From positions 1 to 34,075 of the forward strand of contig JAZSFG010000063.1 in the NCBI GenBank assembly GCA_045532065.1: a DNA stretch of 34,075 nt, in the 5' to 3' direction. Each line of letters starts with the position of its first letter. Position 1 is the first letter of the stretch. The DNA is from Ruminococcus sp. (GTDB lineage: Bacteria > Bacillota > Clostridia > Oscillospirales > Acutalibacteraceae). Shown here in pieces: positions 7,975 through 17,173 of this stretch. A program made the position numbers and the translations under genes. The notes under the pieces are model-generated. The model saw only the letters and a list, made by a program, of their open reading frames with translations. It had not been told where the DNA came from and ran no database searches.

Positions 7975-9168
7975 TCACTTAATTTTTCTGGCTTCAATGT
8001 AGTAGCGCTTATCGTGAGCGTGACCCATCGAGAAAGTCTTTCTCGGGAGTGAACCGTCAGAAACAACTGCAGGGAAGAGGTCGCTTTTGCCCATACCCTC
8101 GAAGATGAAACCTAAGGTGTTATCCTCTTTGCACAGGTCATACACAACCTGTTCGCCGTGAATATAGTCGATTTTAACCTGCTTGTTTTCCTTTAAGTAC
8201 TCGTCGATGAACACCTGAAGTGTGCCGACAGGAAGTTCGGCTGTCGCCTTAACTGTTATGTATTCCTTGCCTTCTTTTGTAACACACTCGAAATCCTGAG
8301 TGTTATCACCGCTTGATACAGCGTGAGCGGATAAGAACTTATTCATAAAGTCTTCAGCGTCAACATTGAACATAACGCGGTAAATCGGCTCGAATTCGAT
8401 AGACTCATCGTGGATATTAACGATTTCAACGAGAGCGTAGCGATTCTCAGGTGTTGGGTTTAAGCGATAGCATTCTTTTGCTGTTGCGAGTGAGTGGTTG
8501 CCGTCACCTACAGCAAAGAGCATTTCGTTTTCTTTGCCACTTAAGAGGCTCTCAATAGCTTCCCCAACTACGTTTTGTGTGTCTTTATCGATGAAGTAAC
8601 CCTCGATATGACCACCACCCTGCATAAGAGTGAAGTCATAAGCGTTTTCAAACTCGCTTTTTTTGTTGCTTAACGGTTCGATGACTTTTCTGTCTTTATC
8701 GTCGATTAAAAGCATAACGTGTGGCATCTCTAAAACAGCATCTTTGCGGATTGCAACACGAGGTGGAATACGCTCAAGTACAGTCTGCTCGGTTGCACGG
8801 ATTAAAGCGTGTGAGCCTTTTGTGTAGTCGTAGTCCTCTAAATCGATAACACCGACGATACCTTTTCTTACTGTGTTGTTAGATTCACGCTCAACATAAA
8901 TCATAGCGTCGTCATATTCTTCGAAAACTCCCTGCTTTAGGTAGTCGTTCATACAGCTGTTTATAGCGTTGATACGCTCTGAGTTATCGTCACTTAAATA
9001 TATCTCAGGAAGGATGATGTTGAGTGCAGACGGTGAGTCTTTAACAATCTCCTTTACCTCGTCCCAGTACTTCTGTTCTGATGTGTACTGGTCACATGCC
9101 ACAACAGACCATTTCTCAAAGTCCTTTTTTGGCAGTAAAATTTTAGCAGAATTAAAATGATATTTCAT
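7975..9168 (-). CDS. DUF1015 family protein
   Basis: WSVVACDQYTS, IRATEQT, AVGDGNHSLATAK, FEPIYR, LPRKTFSMG motifs; GGAGG RBS; TTGCAC-N17-TATCCT promoter at 9197-9225 (-). Confidence 0.85.
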   Translation of the reverse strand: MKYHFNSAKILLPKKDFEKWSVVACDQYTSEQKYWDEVKEIVKDSPSALNIILPEIYLSDDNSERINAINSCMNDYLKQGVFEEYDDAMIYVERESNNTVRKGIVGVIDLEDYDYTKGSHALIRATEQTVLERIPPRVAIRKDAVLEMPHVMLLIDDKDRKVIEPLSNKKSEFENAYDFTLMQGGGHIEGYFIDKDTQNVVGEAIESLLSGKENEMLFAVGDGNHSLATAKECYRLNPTPENRYALVEIVNIHDESIEFEPIYRVMFNVDAEDFMNKFLSAHAVSSGDNTQDFECVTKEGKEYITVKATAELPVGTLQVFIDEYLKENKQVKIDYIHGEQVVYDLCKEDNTLGFIFEGMGKSDLFPAVVSDGSLPRKTFSMGHAHDKRYYIEARKIK

Positions 9169-9287
9169 AATGCGCCTCCAAAAATTTCTACATTAAAGGA
9201 TACCACAAAGAGAGCATTCGTGCAACTTTTTTATATTTGGTATTGATAAAAACGCTTTGAGGATGTAAAATGGTAAACGGTGATTTT

Positions 9288-9995
9288 ATGAAAAAGCTTA
9301 TTATGACTGATCTTGATTGCACATTACTTATTATGGATCAGGATGTATATATAAAGAAATACGTAAACGAAATTGCGAAGATGTTCTACGAACTCGGTTA
9401 CGATGGAAAATTCATCGCGAAGTCTACTATGCAGGCTAGTATGATGATGGCAAAAAACGACGGAAGCAAGACAAACGCACAGGCGTTTGAAGAAGCTTTT
9501 GAGTCGATTGTCGGCGATGGAGCTAAGAAAATTATCGAGCTTTTTGACGATGTTTACGGCGATAGATACAACTCTATTAAAGAGATTACAACTTTTAACC
9601 CGCACGCAGAAGAAATTGTCTCCCTTATGCGTGAAAAAGCCGAGCATATTGTTGTTGCTACTCAGCCGATGTTTCCTCTCGAAGCTGTCAGAAAGCGTCT
9701 TTCGTGGACAGGACTCAAGCCTGAGATGTTCGACCACGTCACAGTTTACGACAACAGCACTTTCTGTAAGCCAAACCCTCTTTATTACAAAGAAGTTATG
9801 GATAAATTCGGTGTTACAGCTGAGGAAACCCTGATGATTGGTAACGACATAACAGAGGACATCCTCCCGTGTCAGAAACTCGGCGTTGATACATTCCTCG
9901 TTATGGATGGACTTATAAATACGATAAACCACGATTTATCTGGTATCCGCAAAGGCGGATATGATGACCTTATCGCTCATCTTAAATCTCTGTAA
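9288..9995 (+). CDS. HAD-superfamily hydrolase (phosphatase)
   Basis: Motif I DLDCTL, VATQP, KPNP, MIGND...D; ATG 9288 with GGTGA RBS. Confidence 0.88.
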   Translation: MKKLIMTDLDCTLLIMDQDVYIKKYVNEIAKMFYELGYDGKFIAKSTMQASMMMAKNDGSKTNAQAFEEAFESIVGDGAKKIIELFDDVYGDRYNSIKEITTFNPHAEEIVSLMREKAEHIVVATQPMFPLEAVRKRLSWTGLKPEMFDHVTVYDNSTFCKPNPLYYKEVMDKFGVTAEETLMIGNDITEDILPCQKLGVDTFLVMDGLINTINHDLSGIRKGGYDDLIAHLKSL

Positions 9996-10034
9996 AAAAA
10001 CGCACAGCTTTGGGCACCCAAAGCTGTGCGTTTT
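9994..10034. terminator. Bidirectional intrinsic terminator
   Basis: aaaacgcacagctttggg-ca-cccaaagctgtgcgtttt long perfect stem. Confidence 0.88.
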
Positions 10035-10035
10035 C

Positions 10036-10611
10036 TTATGAATATCGGGTTTCTAAAATTTTATTGCCGTTGTCTGTGTGATTTTCAAGATAGTCTAAAA
10101 TCTCGCTTTCGTCATCGCTTACGAAAAACAGCTCGAGGTTAGCGCTTTTAAGGAAGTTCTGCTCTACGCCGTTTCTTAAAAACTCAATCAGACTGTCGTA
10201 GTAGCCGTTAGTATTCAAAATTGCGATTGGCTTTTTGTGGCGGTCGAGCGAGCGCAGAGTCAAAATTTCAAAAAACTCTTCGAATGTTCCGATACCGCCC
10301 GGAGTAACAATGAAGGCGTCGCTGTGGTTTTCCATCAGCATTTTGCGTTCTCTCATTGTATCAGTGAAAATCATCTCGCTGCATTTGTCAAAAAGTGCGC
10401 CGTCAATGTTGAAGAACTGCGGTACAATACCGAGAATGTGACTTTTGCTGTCGCATATTCCGCGAGCGACAGCACCCATCAGTCCGTTTGCGCCGCCGCC
10501 GAAAACAAGGTCGTGGTGGTGTTTTCCCATTTCTTTGCCTAACTTTTCGCCTGCTGTCAGAAAAGATTTGTCAATTTCATTTGAAGCGGCGCCATAAACA
10601 CAAATTCTCAT
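10036..10611 (-). CDS. LOG-family (TIGR00730) nucleotide phosphoribohydrolase
   Basis: ICVYGAAS, LVFGGG, MRERK, PGGIGTFEE motif; start at 10611 with GGAGG RBS. Confidence 0.9.
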   Translation of the reverse strand: MRICVYGAASNEIDKSFLTAGEKLGKEMGKHHHDLVFGGGANGLMGAVARGICDSKSHILGIVPQFFNIDGALFDKCSEMIFTDTMRERKMLMENHSDAFIVTPGGIGTFEEFFEILTLRSLDRHKKPIAILNTNGYYDSLIEFLRNGVEQNFLKSANLELFFVSDDESEILDYLENHTDNGNKILETRYS

Positions 10612-10624
10612 AAAAAACCTCCGA

Positions 10625-11791
10625 TTATAAGCACATTTCAAAAATCTTCTCGATGTCTGCAGGATAAAGTTTTACAAAGCCGTTGATGCACTCACCCTCG
10701 CACGCTTTTTGAGCCATAATTTTGAAGTGTTCTCTGTCGATTCCGACCTGCGTGAAGGTACTCTGAAGCCCTAATGTGTTAAAGAAGAAGTCACAGAGTT
10801 TTTCAATACTGAGTTTTGCGATCTCCATAGGTGGGAGATTTTTGTCAATATCAAAAACGTTAACGCCGAACTGCACGTATTTATCGACATTTTCATCATT
10901 TAAACAGTAGCTTAAGAATCTAGGAGTGAGAATCGCAAGGCCTAAGCCGTGAGTTATGTCATAAATAGCTGAAAGTTCATGTTCGAGTGGGTGACAGCTC
11001 CACTCGTGGGTTTTACCTGCTTTGACAAAGGTGTTTATAGCCCATGTGGACGCCCACATAAGGTTAGCGCGAGCTTCGTAGTCGTTAGGGTTGTTAATTG
11101 CAACTTCACCGTATTTGATAACAGTTTTCAGTAAGCCCTCCATAAATCTGTCGAGCATATACATATCATTTTGTGGTGCAAAGTAAACCTCTAAAATGTG
11201 GCTTATTATATCCGCACAACCGCACGCTGTCTGATACTTGCTTACAGAGTAGGTGAGAGTCGGGTCTAAGAACGACGCTTTTGGTAAAAGCGGACGGGCG
11301 AGTCTGCCGATTTTATCTTTTGTCTGTGGATTAGAGATAACACCACCGCAGTTCATCTCGGAACCTGTTGCGGAAAGTGTAAGGACAGTGAGTACAGGCA
11401 GAGCGTCATCTACATCAGCCCACTTAGAGAAGAAATCCCACGCGTCGTGGTCTACTTTAGCACCTGCCGCAATCCATTTTGTAGCATCTAAAGTAGAGCC
11501 GCCACCGACAGCGAGAAGTACGTCGATGTTTTGCTCTTTACAGATTTTCACACCCTCGCGTACAGAGTCTATACGAGGGTTTGGCTCAATTCCCGAGAGT
11601 TCAAAAACTTCGCTTCCTGCTTTAGTAATCTCGTCAATAATCGTATCGTAAAGACCTGATTTTTTAATCGAGCCGCCACCGTAGCATAAAAGCACCTTTT
11701 TGCCGTAGTTTTTAAGCTCTGTGTGAAGATTAGAAACGGCGTTTTCGCCGAAATATATTTTAGTCGGTACGTCGTAAATAAAACTGTTCAT
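10625..11791 (-). CDS. Iron-containing alcohol dehydrogenase (BdhA/B / YqhD-like)
   Basis: GIEPNP, AVGGGSTLD, TLSATGSE, D..SH, HPLEHELSA..DITHGLGL metal ligands. Confidence 0.9.
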   Translation of the reverse strand: MNSFIYDVPTKIYFGENAVSNLHTELKNYGKKVLLCYGGGSIKKSGLYDTIIDEITKAGSEVFELSGIEPNPRIDSVREGVKICKEQNIDVLLAVGGGSTLDATKWIAAGAKVDHDAWDFFSKWADVDDALPVLTVLTLSATGSEMNCGGVISNPQTKDKIGRLARPLLPKASFLDPTLTYSVSKYQTACGCADIISHILEVYFAPQNDMYMLDRFMEGLLKTVIKYGEVAINNPNDYEARANLMWASTWAINTFVKAGKTHEWSCHPLEHELSAIYDITHGLGLAILTPRFLSYCLNDENVDKYVQFGVNVFDIDKNLPPMEIAKLSIEKLCDFFFNTLGLQSTFTQVGIDREHFKIMAQKACEGECINGFVKLYPADIEKIFEMCL

Positions 11792-11826
11792 AGCATCCTC
11801 CTTAGAACAAGTGGAGTAAGTACTCC

Positions 11827-13674
11827 TTAATCTGTTTCAAACTGGCTGTTGTAAAGCTGTGCGTAGAAACCGCCTAAGCTTAATAGTTCTTCGTGTGTGC
11901 CCACAGAGTCGATGTCACCGTCTTTTAGTACAATAATGACATCTGCATTTTTGATGGTCGAAAGTCTGTGCGCAATTACAAACGAAGTTCTGCCTACTGT
12001 GAGCTTATCCATAGCGTCCTGAATAATGCGCTCAGTACGTGTGTCGACCGAGCTGGTCGCTTCGTCCAAGATGAGAAGTGGAGCATTTTCAATCATCGCA
12101 CGAGCGATGGTTAACTGCTGTTTCTGTCCTGCTGACAAGGTTGTTTTGTCGTCTAGGACTGTATCGTAGCCGTGTGGAAGCGAGTGGATAAAACGATGGA
12201 TTCCGACCGCTTTGCACGCGTTTACGAGTTCTTCGTCGCTTACGTTTTCTTTCGAGTAAATAAGGTTTTCCTTAACTGTGCCCTCGAACAGCCATGTGTC
12301 CTGAAGTACCATACAGAAAAGTTTGTGAACATTGTGTCTGGTAAGCTCATCGATTTCGATGCCGTCGATGAGAATATCACCGCTGTTCACTTCGTAGAAA
12401 CGCATAAGCAGGTTAACAAGCGTTGTTTTACCGCTTCCGGTTGGTCCGACAATAGCGACTTTCTGACCTGCTTTAACCTTTAAACTGAAATCTTTGATGA
12501 TAGTTTTGTCTTTTGTGTAGCCGAATTTTACGTTTCTGAACTCGACGTCGCCCCTGACGTTTTCAAGCGTCGTCTTTTTGTGGCTCTCATCGTTTAATTC
12601 AGTAGCCTTGATGTACTCGAAAACTCGCTCGCTAGCTGCGGCTGTTGACTGCATACTGGTGAAAGCCTGCGCAATCTGTGACAGAGGATTTGTGAAAAGT
12701 CTGATGTACACCATAAACGCTACGACAACACCGAATGTGATTTTTCCGTTTATCGCGAGTAAAGCTCCGACGATACACACAGCAACATATCCGAGGTTTC
12801 CGATGAAATTCATCAAAGGTTGCATTAATCCTGAAAAAGCGGACGCTTTGAATGAGCTGTCGCGCAGGTGGCGGTTAATTCGCTCAAACTCCTGCTTCGA
12901 CTGTTTCTGTGCGTTGAAAACTTTAACAACTGTATGGCCTGAGTAAATCTCCTCGACGTGACCGTTAATCGCACCGAGATGTCTTTGTTGACGGGTAAAA
13001 TGCTTCTGTGAGTGCTTCATAATGAAGCTCATCAAAAAGAAGCCCAGAAGTGAAGTGATAATCGCGGTAAACGCCATAATGTAGTTTGTGACAAACATCA
13101 TTATAAGCGAGCCAATAAACAGCGTGAGTGATGAAACGAGCATGCCGATGCTCTGATTGAGCGTCATACCGATGGTGTCGACGTCGTTTGTGATACGCGA
13201 CAGCACATCTCCGTAGCTTGTTTTATCGAAGTAGTTAAATGGCAGACGGTTTGTTTTTTCTATAATATCTTTTCTCAGCTTTTTTGACAGTACCTGTGTG
13301 ACGGTTGCCATAATATAGTGCTGTGAGAAATTGAGCACCCAGCTTATCACGTAGAGCACCGCCATAAACACAGAAAGTTTTGTTACGGCAGCGGTGTCTA
13401 CAGTAGTAGTAAGACCCTGAGTGATGATGTCTGTAATAGAGCTTAAAAATTTCGGTCCGACGAGCGATACGATAGTGCCGAACAACGAACACACTATAGC
13501 GATTATGACGAGCGGAACCTGCTTTTTAGCGTATTTTATGAGTTCGCCCCATGTTTTTCTGAAGTCTTTCGGTTTTTCTCCGTTGAATTTATTCCCAGGT
13601 CCGTGACCTCCTCTGTGAGGAACAGGAGGTTTTTTTGTGTTTTCGCCGACAATAGTCTTTTTCTTTTCTATCAT
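11827..13674 (-). CDS. Heterodimeric ABC exporter subunit (TMD-NBD), canonical Walker B/H-loop
   Basis: GPTGSGKT, LSAGQ signature, LILDEATS, IAHR. Confidence 0.93.
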   Translation of the reverse strand: MIEKKKTIVGENTKKPPVPHRGGHGPGNKFNGEKPKDFRKTWGELIKYAKKQVPLVIIAIVCSLFGTIVSLVGPKFLSSITDIITQGLTTTVDTAAVTKLSVFMAVLYVISWVLNFSQHYIMATVTQVLSKKLRKDIIEKTNRLPFNYFDKTSYGDVLSRITNDVDTIGMTLNQSIGMLVSSLTLFIGSLIMMFVTNYIMAFTAIITSLLGFFLMSFIMKHSQKHFTRQQRHLGAINGHVEEIYSGHTVVKVFNAQKQSKQEFERINRHLRDSSFKASAFSGLMQPLMNFIGNLGYVAVCIVGALLAINGKITFGVVVAFMVYIRLFTNPLSQIAQAFTSMQSTAAASERVFEYIKATELNDESHKKTTLENVRGDVEFRNVKFGYTKDKTIIKDFSLKVKAGQKVAIVGPTGSGKTTLVNLLMRFYEVNSGDILIDGIEIDELTRHNVHKLFCMVLQDTWLFEGTVKENLIYSKENVSDEELVNACKAVGIHRFIHSLPHGYDTVLDDKTTLSAGQKQQLTIARAMIENAPLLILDEATSSVDTRTERIIQDAMDKLTVGRTSFVIAHRLSTIKNADVIIVLKDGDIDSVGTHEELLSLGGFYAQLYNSQFETD

Positions 13675-15431
13675 TTGCTCAACTCCTCCTTTGACAACTG
13701 TGAAAGAGCAATCTCCTTGTAAACATCACAAGTGTCGAGTAACTCTTTGTGCTTGCCCATACCTGCTATTTTGCCTTCATCGAGGACGATAATCAGGTCT
13801 GCATCTTTAATAGTACCGATTCGCTGAGCAACGATGATATTTGTTGTGCCTGAGGTTTCTTCTTTAAGTGTCTGTCGCAAAGTGCGGTCGGTTTTGTAGT
13901 CAAGTGCTGAGAAAGAATCGTCAAAAATCAGGATTTCAGGTTCTCTGCACAAAGCTCGTGCTATACAAAGTCGCTGGCGCTGACCGCCCGAAACATTTGT
14001 GCCGCCTTGTGTGATATCTGATTCATATTCATACGGCATTTTTTCGACAAAATCCTGAGCCTGTGCGATTTTTACTGCTCGTTTTACATCATTTTCAGAG
14101 TAGTCTTTGTTTTCTTTTTCACCGAAAGCGACGTTTGTATTGACACTTCCTGAGAACAGGAGTGCTCTCTGTGGAATATAACCGAGTTTATCGTATAGAC
14201 TCTTCAGCTTATAGTCTTTTACGTTTATGCCGTCAACTAAAACTTCGCCCTGTGTTACGTCGTAAAATCTCGGGATAAGGTTAATGAGAGTAGTTTTGCC
14301 ACAACCGGTCGAGCCGATAATCGCGACTGTCTGACCTTTTTTTGCCTTAAACGAGATGTCTTCGAGCACGTAGTCTGATGAGTCGGGATATTTAAAGCTG
14401 ACGTTTCTGAATTCGATTTCGCCTTTAACTTCAGTACTTGTGCCGTCGTTTTCGCCGTCAAAAATGGTAGGTTCTGTGTCGATAACCTCATTGATACGCT
14501 GTGCTGAAATGATAGCACGCGGCGCCATAATAAAAATCATATTAAGCACCATAAACGAGATGATAACCTGTATTGCGTACTGTGAGAACACGATCATTTC
14601 CGAGAAAATTGTGAGTTTATCTCCCATAGCCGCCTGATTGATGAGGAATGCACCTATCCAGTAAATGATGAGCGACATTCCGCTCATAACAACGTTCATA
14701 CTAGGCCCCATAATCGCCATAACGCGGTGTGCGGATAGGTTGTTCGAGGTGATTTCCTCGTTTGCTTTTTCGAACTTTTCTTCCTGATACTTTTCTGCGT
14801 TGTATGCGTGTACAACACGTAAGCCGTTTAAGTTTTCGCGTGTGATTCTGTTGATATTGTCTGTCAGTTTCTGTATACGCTTAAATTTAGGGAGTGCGAA
14901 GAAGTAACAGATGAGGAGTATTATACATATAAAAGCTACGCACAAAGCGGTCGCTAAAGTCCACTGCCAGTGTTTAGTTGAAATTTTTGAGATTGCCCAC
15001 ACACTCATCACAGGAGCTTTGATTATAGCGAGTGTGCCGAAAACGATGATATTCTGCACCTGTGTGATGTCGTTGGTTGAACGAGTGATGAGAGATGGAG
15101 TAGAGAAGCGGTTCATCTGTTCAAGCGAGAACGACTCGACTTTATCGTAGAGCTTTGTGCGGACGCTGAACGAGTAATCTGCGGCGATCTTAGCCGATAT
15201 AAAATGTATAAACACAGCAAGCAAAAGTGTAAATATCGCGCACAGCAACATTTGTGCTCCTGCTGCGATTATAGCCGACATTTCGGTGCCTTGTGTCTGA
15301 GTAAGCGTTGTGATTTGTGCCATATATTCAGGCATTTTCAGCTCAAAAAACACCTGTATGAGTATGCAGACGGCGTTGAGTGCAACATAAAGCCAGCACT
15401 TTTTCGGGAAATGTTTCAGTATATGTTTCAC
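13671..15431 (-). CDS. Heterodimeric ABC exporter subunit (TMD-NBD), degenerate catalytic site
   Basis: GSTGCGKT, VSGGQ, IFDDSFS (E to D), VAQR (H to Q); GTG start coupled to marR; TM287/288-type pair. Confidence 0.93.
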   Translation of the reverse strand: MKHILKHFPKKCWLYVALNAVCILIQVFFELKMPEYMAQITTLTQTQGTEMSAIIAAGAQMLLCAIFTLLLAVFIHFISAKIAADYSFSVRTKLYDKVESFSLEQMNRFSTPSLITRSTNDITQVQNIIVFGTLAIIKAPVMSVWAISKISTKHWQWTLATALCVAFICIILLICYFFALPKFKRIQKLTDNINRITRENLNGLRVVHAYNAEKYQEEKFEKANEEITSNNLSAHRVMAIMGPSMNVVMSGMSLIIYWIGAFLINQAAMGDKLTIFSEMIVFSQYAIQVIISFMVLNMIFIMAPRAIISAQRINEVIDTEPTIFDGENDGTSTEVKGEIEFRNVSFKYPDSSDYVLEDISFKAKKGQTVAIIGSTGCGKTTLINLIPRFYDVTQGEVLVDGINVKDYKLKSLYDKLGYIPQRALLFSGSVNTNVAFGEKENKDYSENDVKRAVKIAQAQDFVEKMPYEYESDITQGGTNVSGGQRQRLCIARALCREPEILIFDDSFSALDYKTDRTLRQTLKEETSGTTNIIVAQRIGTIKDADLIIVLDEGKIAGMGKHKELLDTCDVYKEIALSQLSKEELSK

Positions 15432-15432
15432 T

Positions 15433-15888
15433 TTATGCCTCCTGTGTAAGATTTTTCTTGATTTTCTCGAGTGTTCTGATGAAAGCCTTCAGTTCTTTTT
15501 CGTCTATATCTTTAGTGATAGTATCGTCTAACACTTTTCGTATAGGGTTTAGCTTTTCTGCTATGGCTTCGCTTTTTTGAGTCAGAACGATTTTCTTTAG
15601 TCGGCGGTCGTTTTCTACAGCGACACGTTCTATTAGATCTTTTTGTTCCATAAGAGAGAGTGCTTTCGAGGCGGTCGAACGGCGCACCTGAAACTCGCGT
15701 TCGATGTCTTTCTGATAGACATTCTCGTCATTTTTATCGTATAAAAACGAAATTATACACGCTGTAGTGTGTGATATTGTGCTTTCGTTACCGTTTTGTG
15801 TTGTTCTGCTCATATCCGTCTGCAAAATCCGTCGATGGATAAGGTTGTTTACCTCTGCAATATGTCTGCCGATTGATTTTTTTGTCAT
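15433..15888 (-). CDS. MarR-family transcriptional regulator
   Basis: VYQKDIEREFQVRRSTASKALSLMEQKDLIER...DRRLKKIVLT winged-HTH. Confidence 0.92.
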   Translation of the reverse strand: MTKKSIGRHIAEVNNLIHRRILQTDMSRTTQNGNESTISHTTACIISFLYDKNDENVYQKDIEREFQVRRSTASKALSLMEQKDLIERVAVENDRRLKKIVLTQKSEAIAEKLNPIRKVLDDTITKDIDEKELKAFIRTLEKIKKNLTQEA

Positions 15889-15901
15889 AACACACCTCTT
15901 T

Positions 15902-15930
15902 GTTAGATGTCAAACTGTTTGCTGTCTAAC
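15902..15930. promoter_or_regulatory. Tandem MarR operator palindromes
   Basis: GTTAGATGTCAAAC (15902-15915) and GTTTGCTGTCTAAC (15917-15930), immediately downstream of the marR -10. Confidence 0.7.
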
Positions 15931-15959
15931 ATTATATTATATACGTTTTTCTCTGTCAA
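15931..15959 (-). promoter_or_regulatory. Consensus sigmaA promoter of the marR operon
   Basis: TTGACA-N17-TATAAT on minus strand. Confidence 0.8.
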
Positions 15960-16013
15960 TATTTATAAAATGTATTAAAATTATGTTGAAAAGTCGAAAA
16001 AGGTTAGAAAAAG

Positions 16014-16042
16014 TTGAAAAATCAAAGTCAGAGTGCTATACT
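16014..16042 (+). promoter_or_regulatory. sigmaA promoter
   Basis: TTGAAA-N17-TATACT with TG extension. Confidence 0.6.
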
Positions 16043-16082
16043 ACCTTTACACGAAGTTATTCATAAAAATGAGGTGTAAGAA

Positions 16083-16970
16083 ATGGTACATATTTTGTAT
16101 AATCCGAAGTCAAATTGCGGAAAAGACTTCGAAAATGTGCTCGGTAGTGTAAAAGACTACTACAAAAACGAGGAGCAGAACATAATTGATATCACTACTG
16201 TTAATGATATAAAGGCACTTTTTGATGCCTTTGCGGACAGTGATGATGTAGTGCTTGTCGGCGGTGACGGCACACTTAATGTTTTATGCAACAATTTACG
16301 TGGCTATGATATCAAGAACAGACTGTTTTTGTTCAAAGCAGGTTCAGGCAACGACTTTTTACGCGATGTAGAGTTATCCCTCGAGGGTGATGACGTAAAA
16401 GCTGTACAGATTAACGAGTACATAGACAACCTGCCTGTAGTAACTGTAAAAGGTAAAGAGTACCTCTTTATTAATAACGTAGGCTTCGGTATTGATGGTA
16501 AAGTGTGTACAGCGGCAGAGGATGAAAGAGCAAAGGGTAAGAAGGAAATCAACTACACTACTCTCGCAATCAAGCTTCTTTTGACTTCATACAAGAGTAA
16601 CGGAGCTAAGGTTACTGTTGACGGAGTAACAAAAGAGTTCAAGAAAGTATGGCTTGCTCCTGTTATGAATGGTTTGTTCTATGGTGGTGGTATGATGCCT
16701 GCTCCACAGCAGAATAGAAAGGGAAACGACCTTTCATGCTGTGTTGTTCACTCTACTAACGCGCTTCAGACTCTTATCATTTTCCCATCACTCTTTAAGG
16801 GTGAGCATGTAAAATATAAGAAAAAGGTTGATGTAATGTCAGGTAGAGAAATCAAAGTCGAGTTTGATACTCCACAGGACGTACAGATTGACGGCGAAAT
16901 CATCCGTGATGTAACTGAAATCTCTGCGAGAAAGTTTGCTGACTGTAAACTCAGAGACGATAACCTTTGA
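16083..16970 (+). CDS. Diacylglycerol-kinase-family lipid kinase (YegS/BmrU-like)
   Basis: YNPKS, VGGDGTLN, AGSGNDF, FINNVGFGIDG, NG.FYGGG, QIDGE motifs. Confidence 0.9.
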   Translation: MVHILYNPKSNCGKDFENVLGSVKDYYKNEEQNIIDITTVNDIKALFDAFADSDDVVLVGGDGTLNVLCNNLRGYDIKNRLFLFKAGSGNDFLRDVELSLEGDDVKAVQINEYIDNLPVVTVKGKEYLFINNVGFGIDGKVCTAAEDERAKGKKEINYTTLAIKLLLTSYKSNGAKVTVDGVTKEFKKVWLAPVMNGLFYGGGMMPAPQQNRKGNDLSCCVVHSTNALQTLIIFPSLFKGEHVKYKKKVDVMSGREIKVEFDTPQDVQIDGEIIRDVTEISARKFADCKLRDDNL

Positions 16971-17001
16971 TTTTTTATTAAAAACAAATATTTTTAGCAA
17001 T

Positions 17002-17030
17002 AAAGAGGGCTCTTGCCCTCTTTGTTTTTT
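17002..17030 (+). terminator. Intrinsic terminator
   Basis: aaagagggc-tctt-gccctcttt then T-run. Confidence 0.8.
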
Positions 17031-17109
17031 GTTTATACTGTTCATAATAATCATTATGAAGAAAATGAAGTACAAATTTTCAGCAAAAAGTCAAAAACTC
17101 ACGATTTTG

Positions 17110-17138
17110 TTGACTTTAGCATTTCATTGTAGTAAAAT
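17110..17138 (+). promoter_or_regulatory. sigmaA promoter of hppA
   Basis: TTGACT-N17-TAAAAT. Confidence 0.6.
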
Positions 17139-17173
17139 CAAGGGTATACTTTATAAGGAGGATTGCCCTTTTT

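Noticed and set aside
9324-9932. 202-aa antisense ORF
   Set aside because: Fully overlaps the HAD gene on the opposite strand; codon-bias shadow
10036-10611. 'Lysine decarboxylase' annotation linking LOG to the lysine theme
   Set aside because: TIGR00730/LOG proteins are phosphoribohydrolases; the decarboxylase label is a known mis-annotation and there is no PLP motif
15985-16022. Short GTTGAAAA-like repeats between marR and DAGK promoters
   Set aside because: Low-complexity A-rich sequence with irregular spacing; one copy is simply the -35
17110-17119. TTGACTTTAG shared by hppA and scfA promoters
   Set aside because: Six of ten bases are the -35 hexamer; remainder plausible by chance
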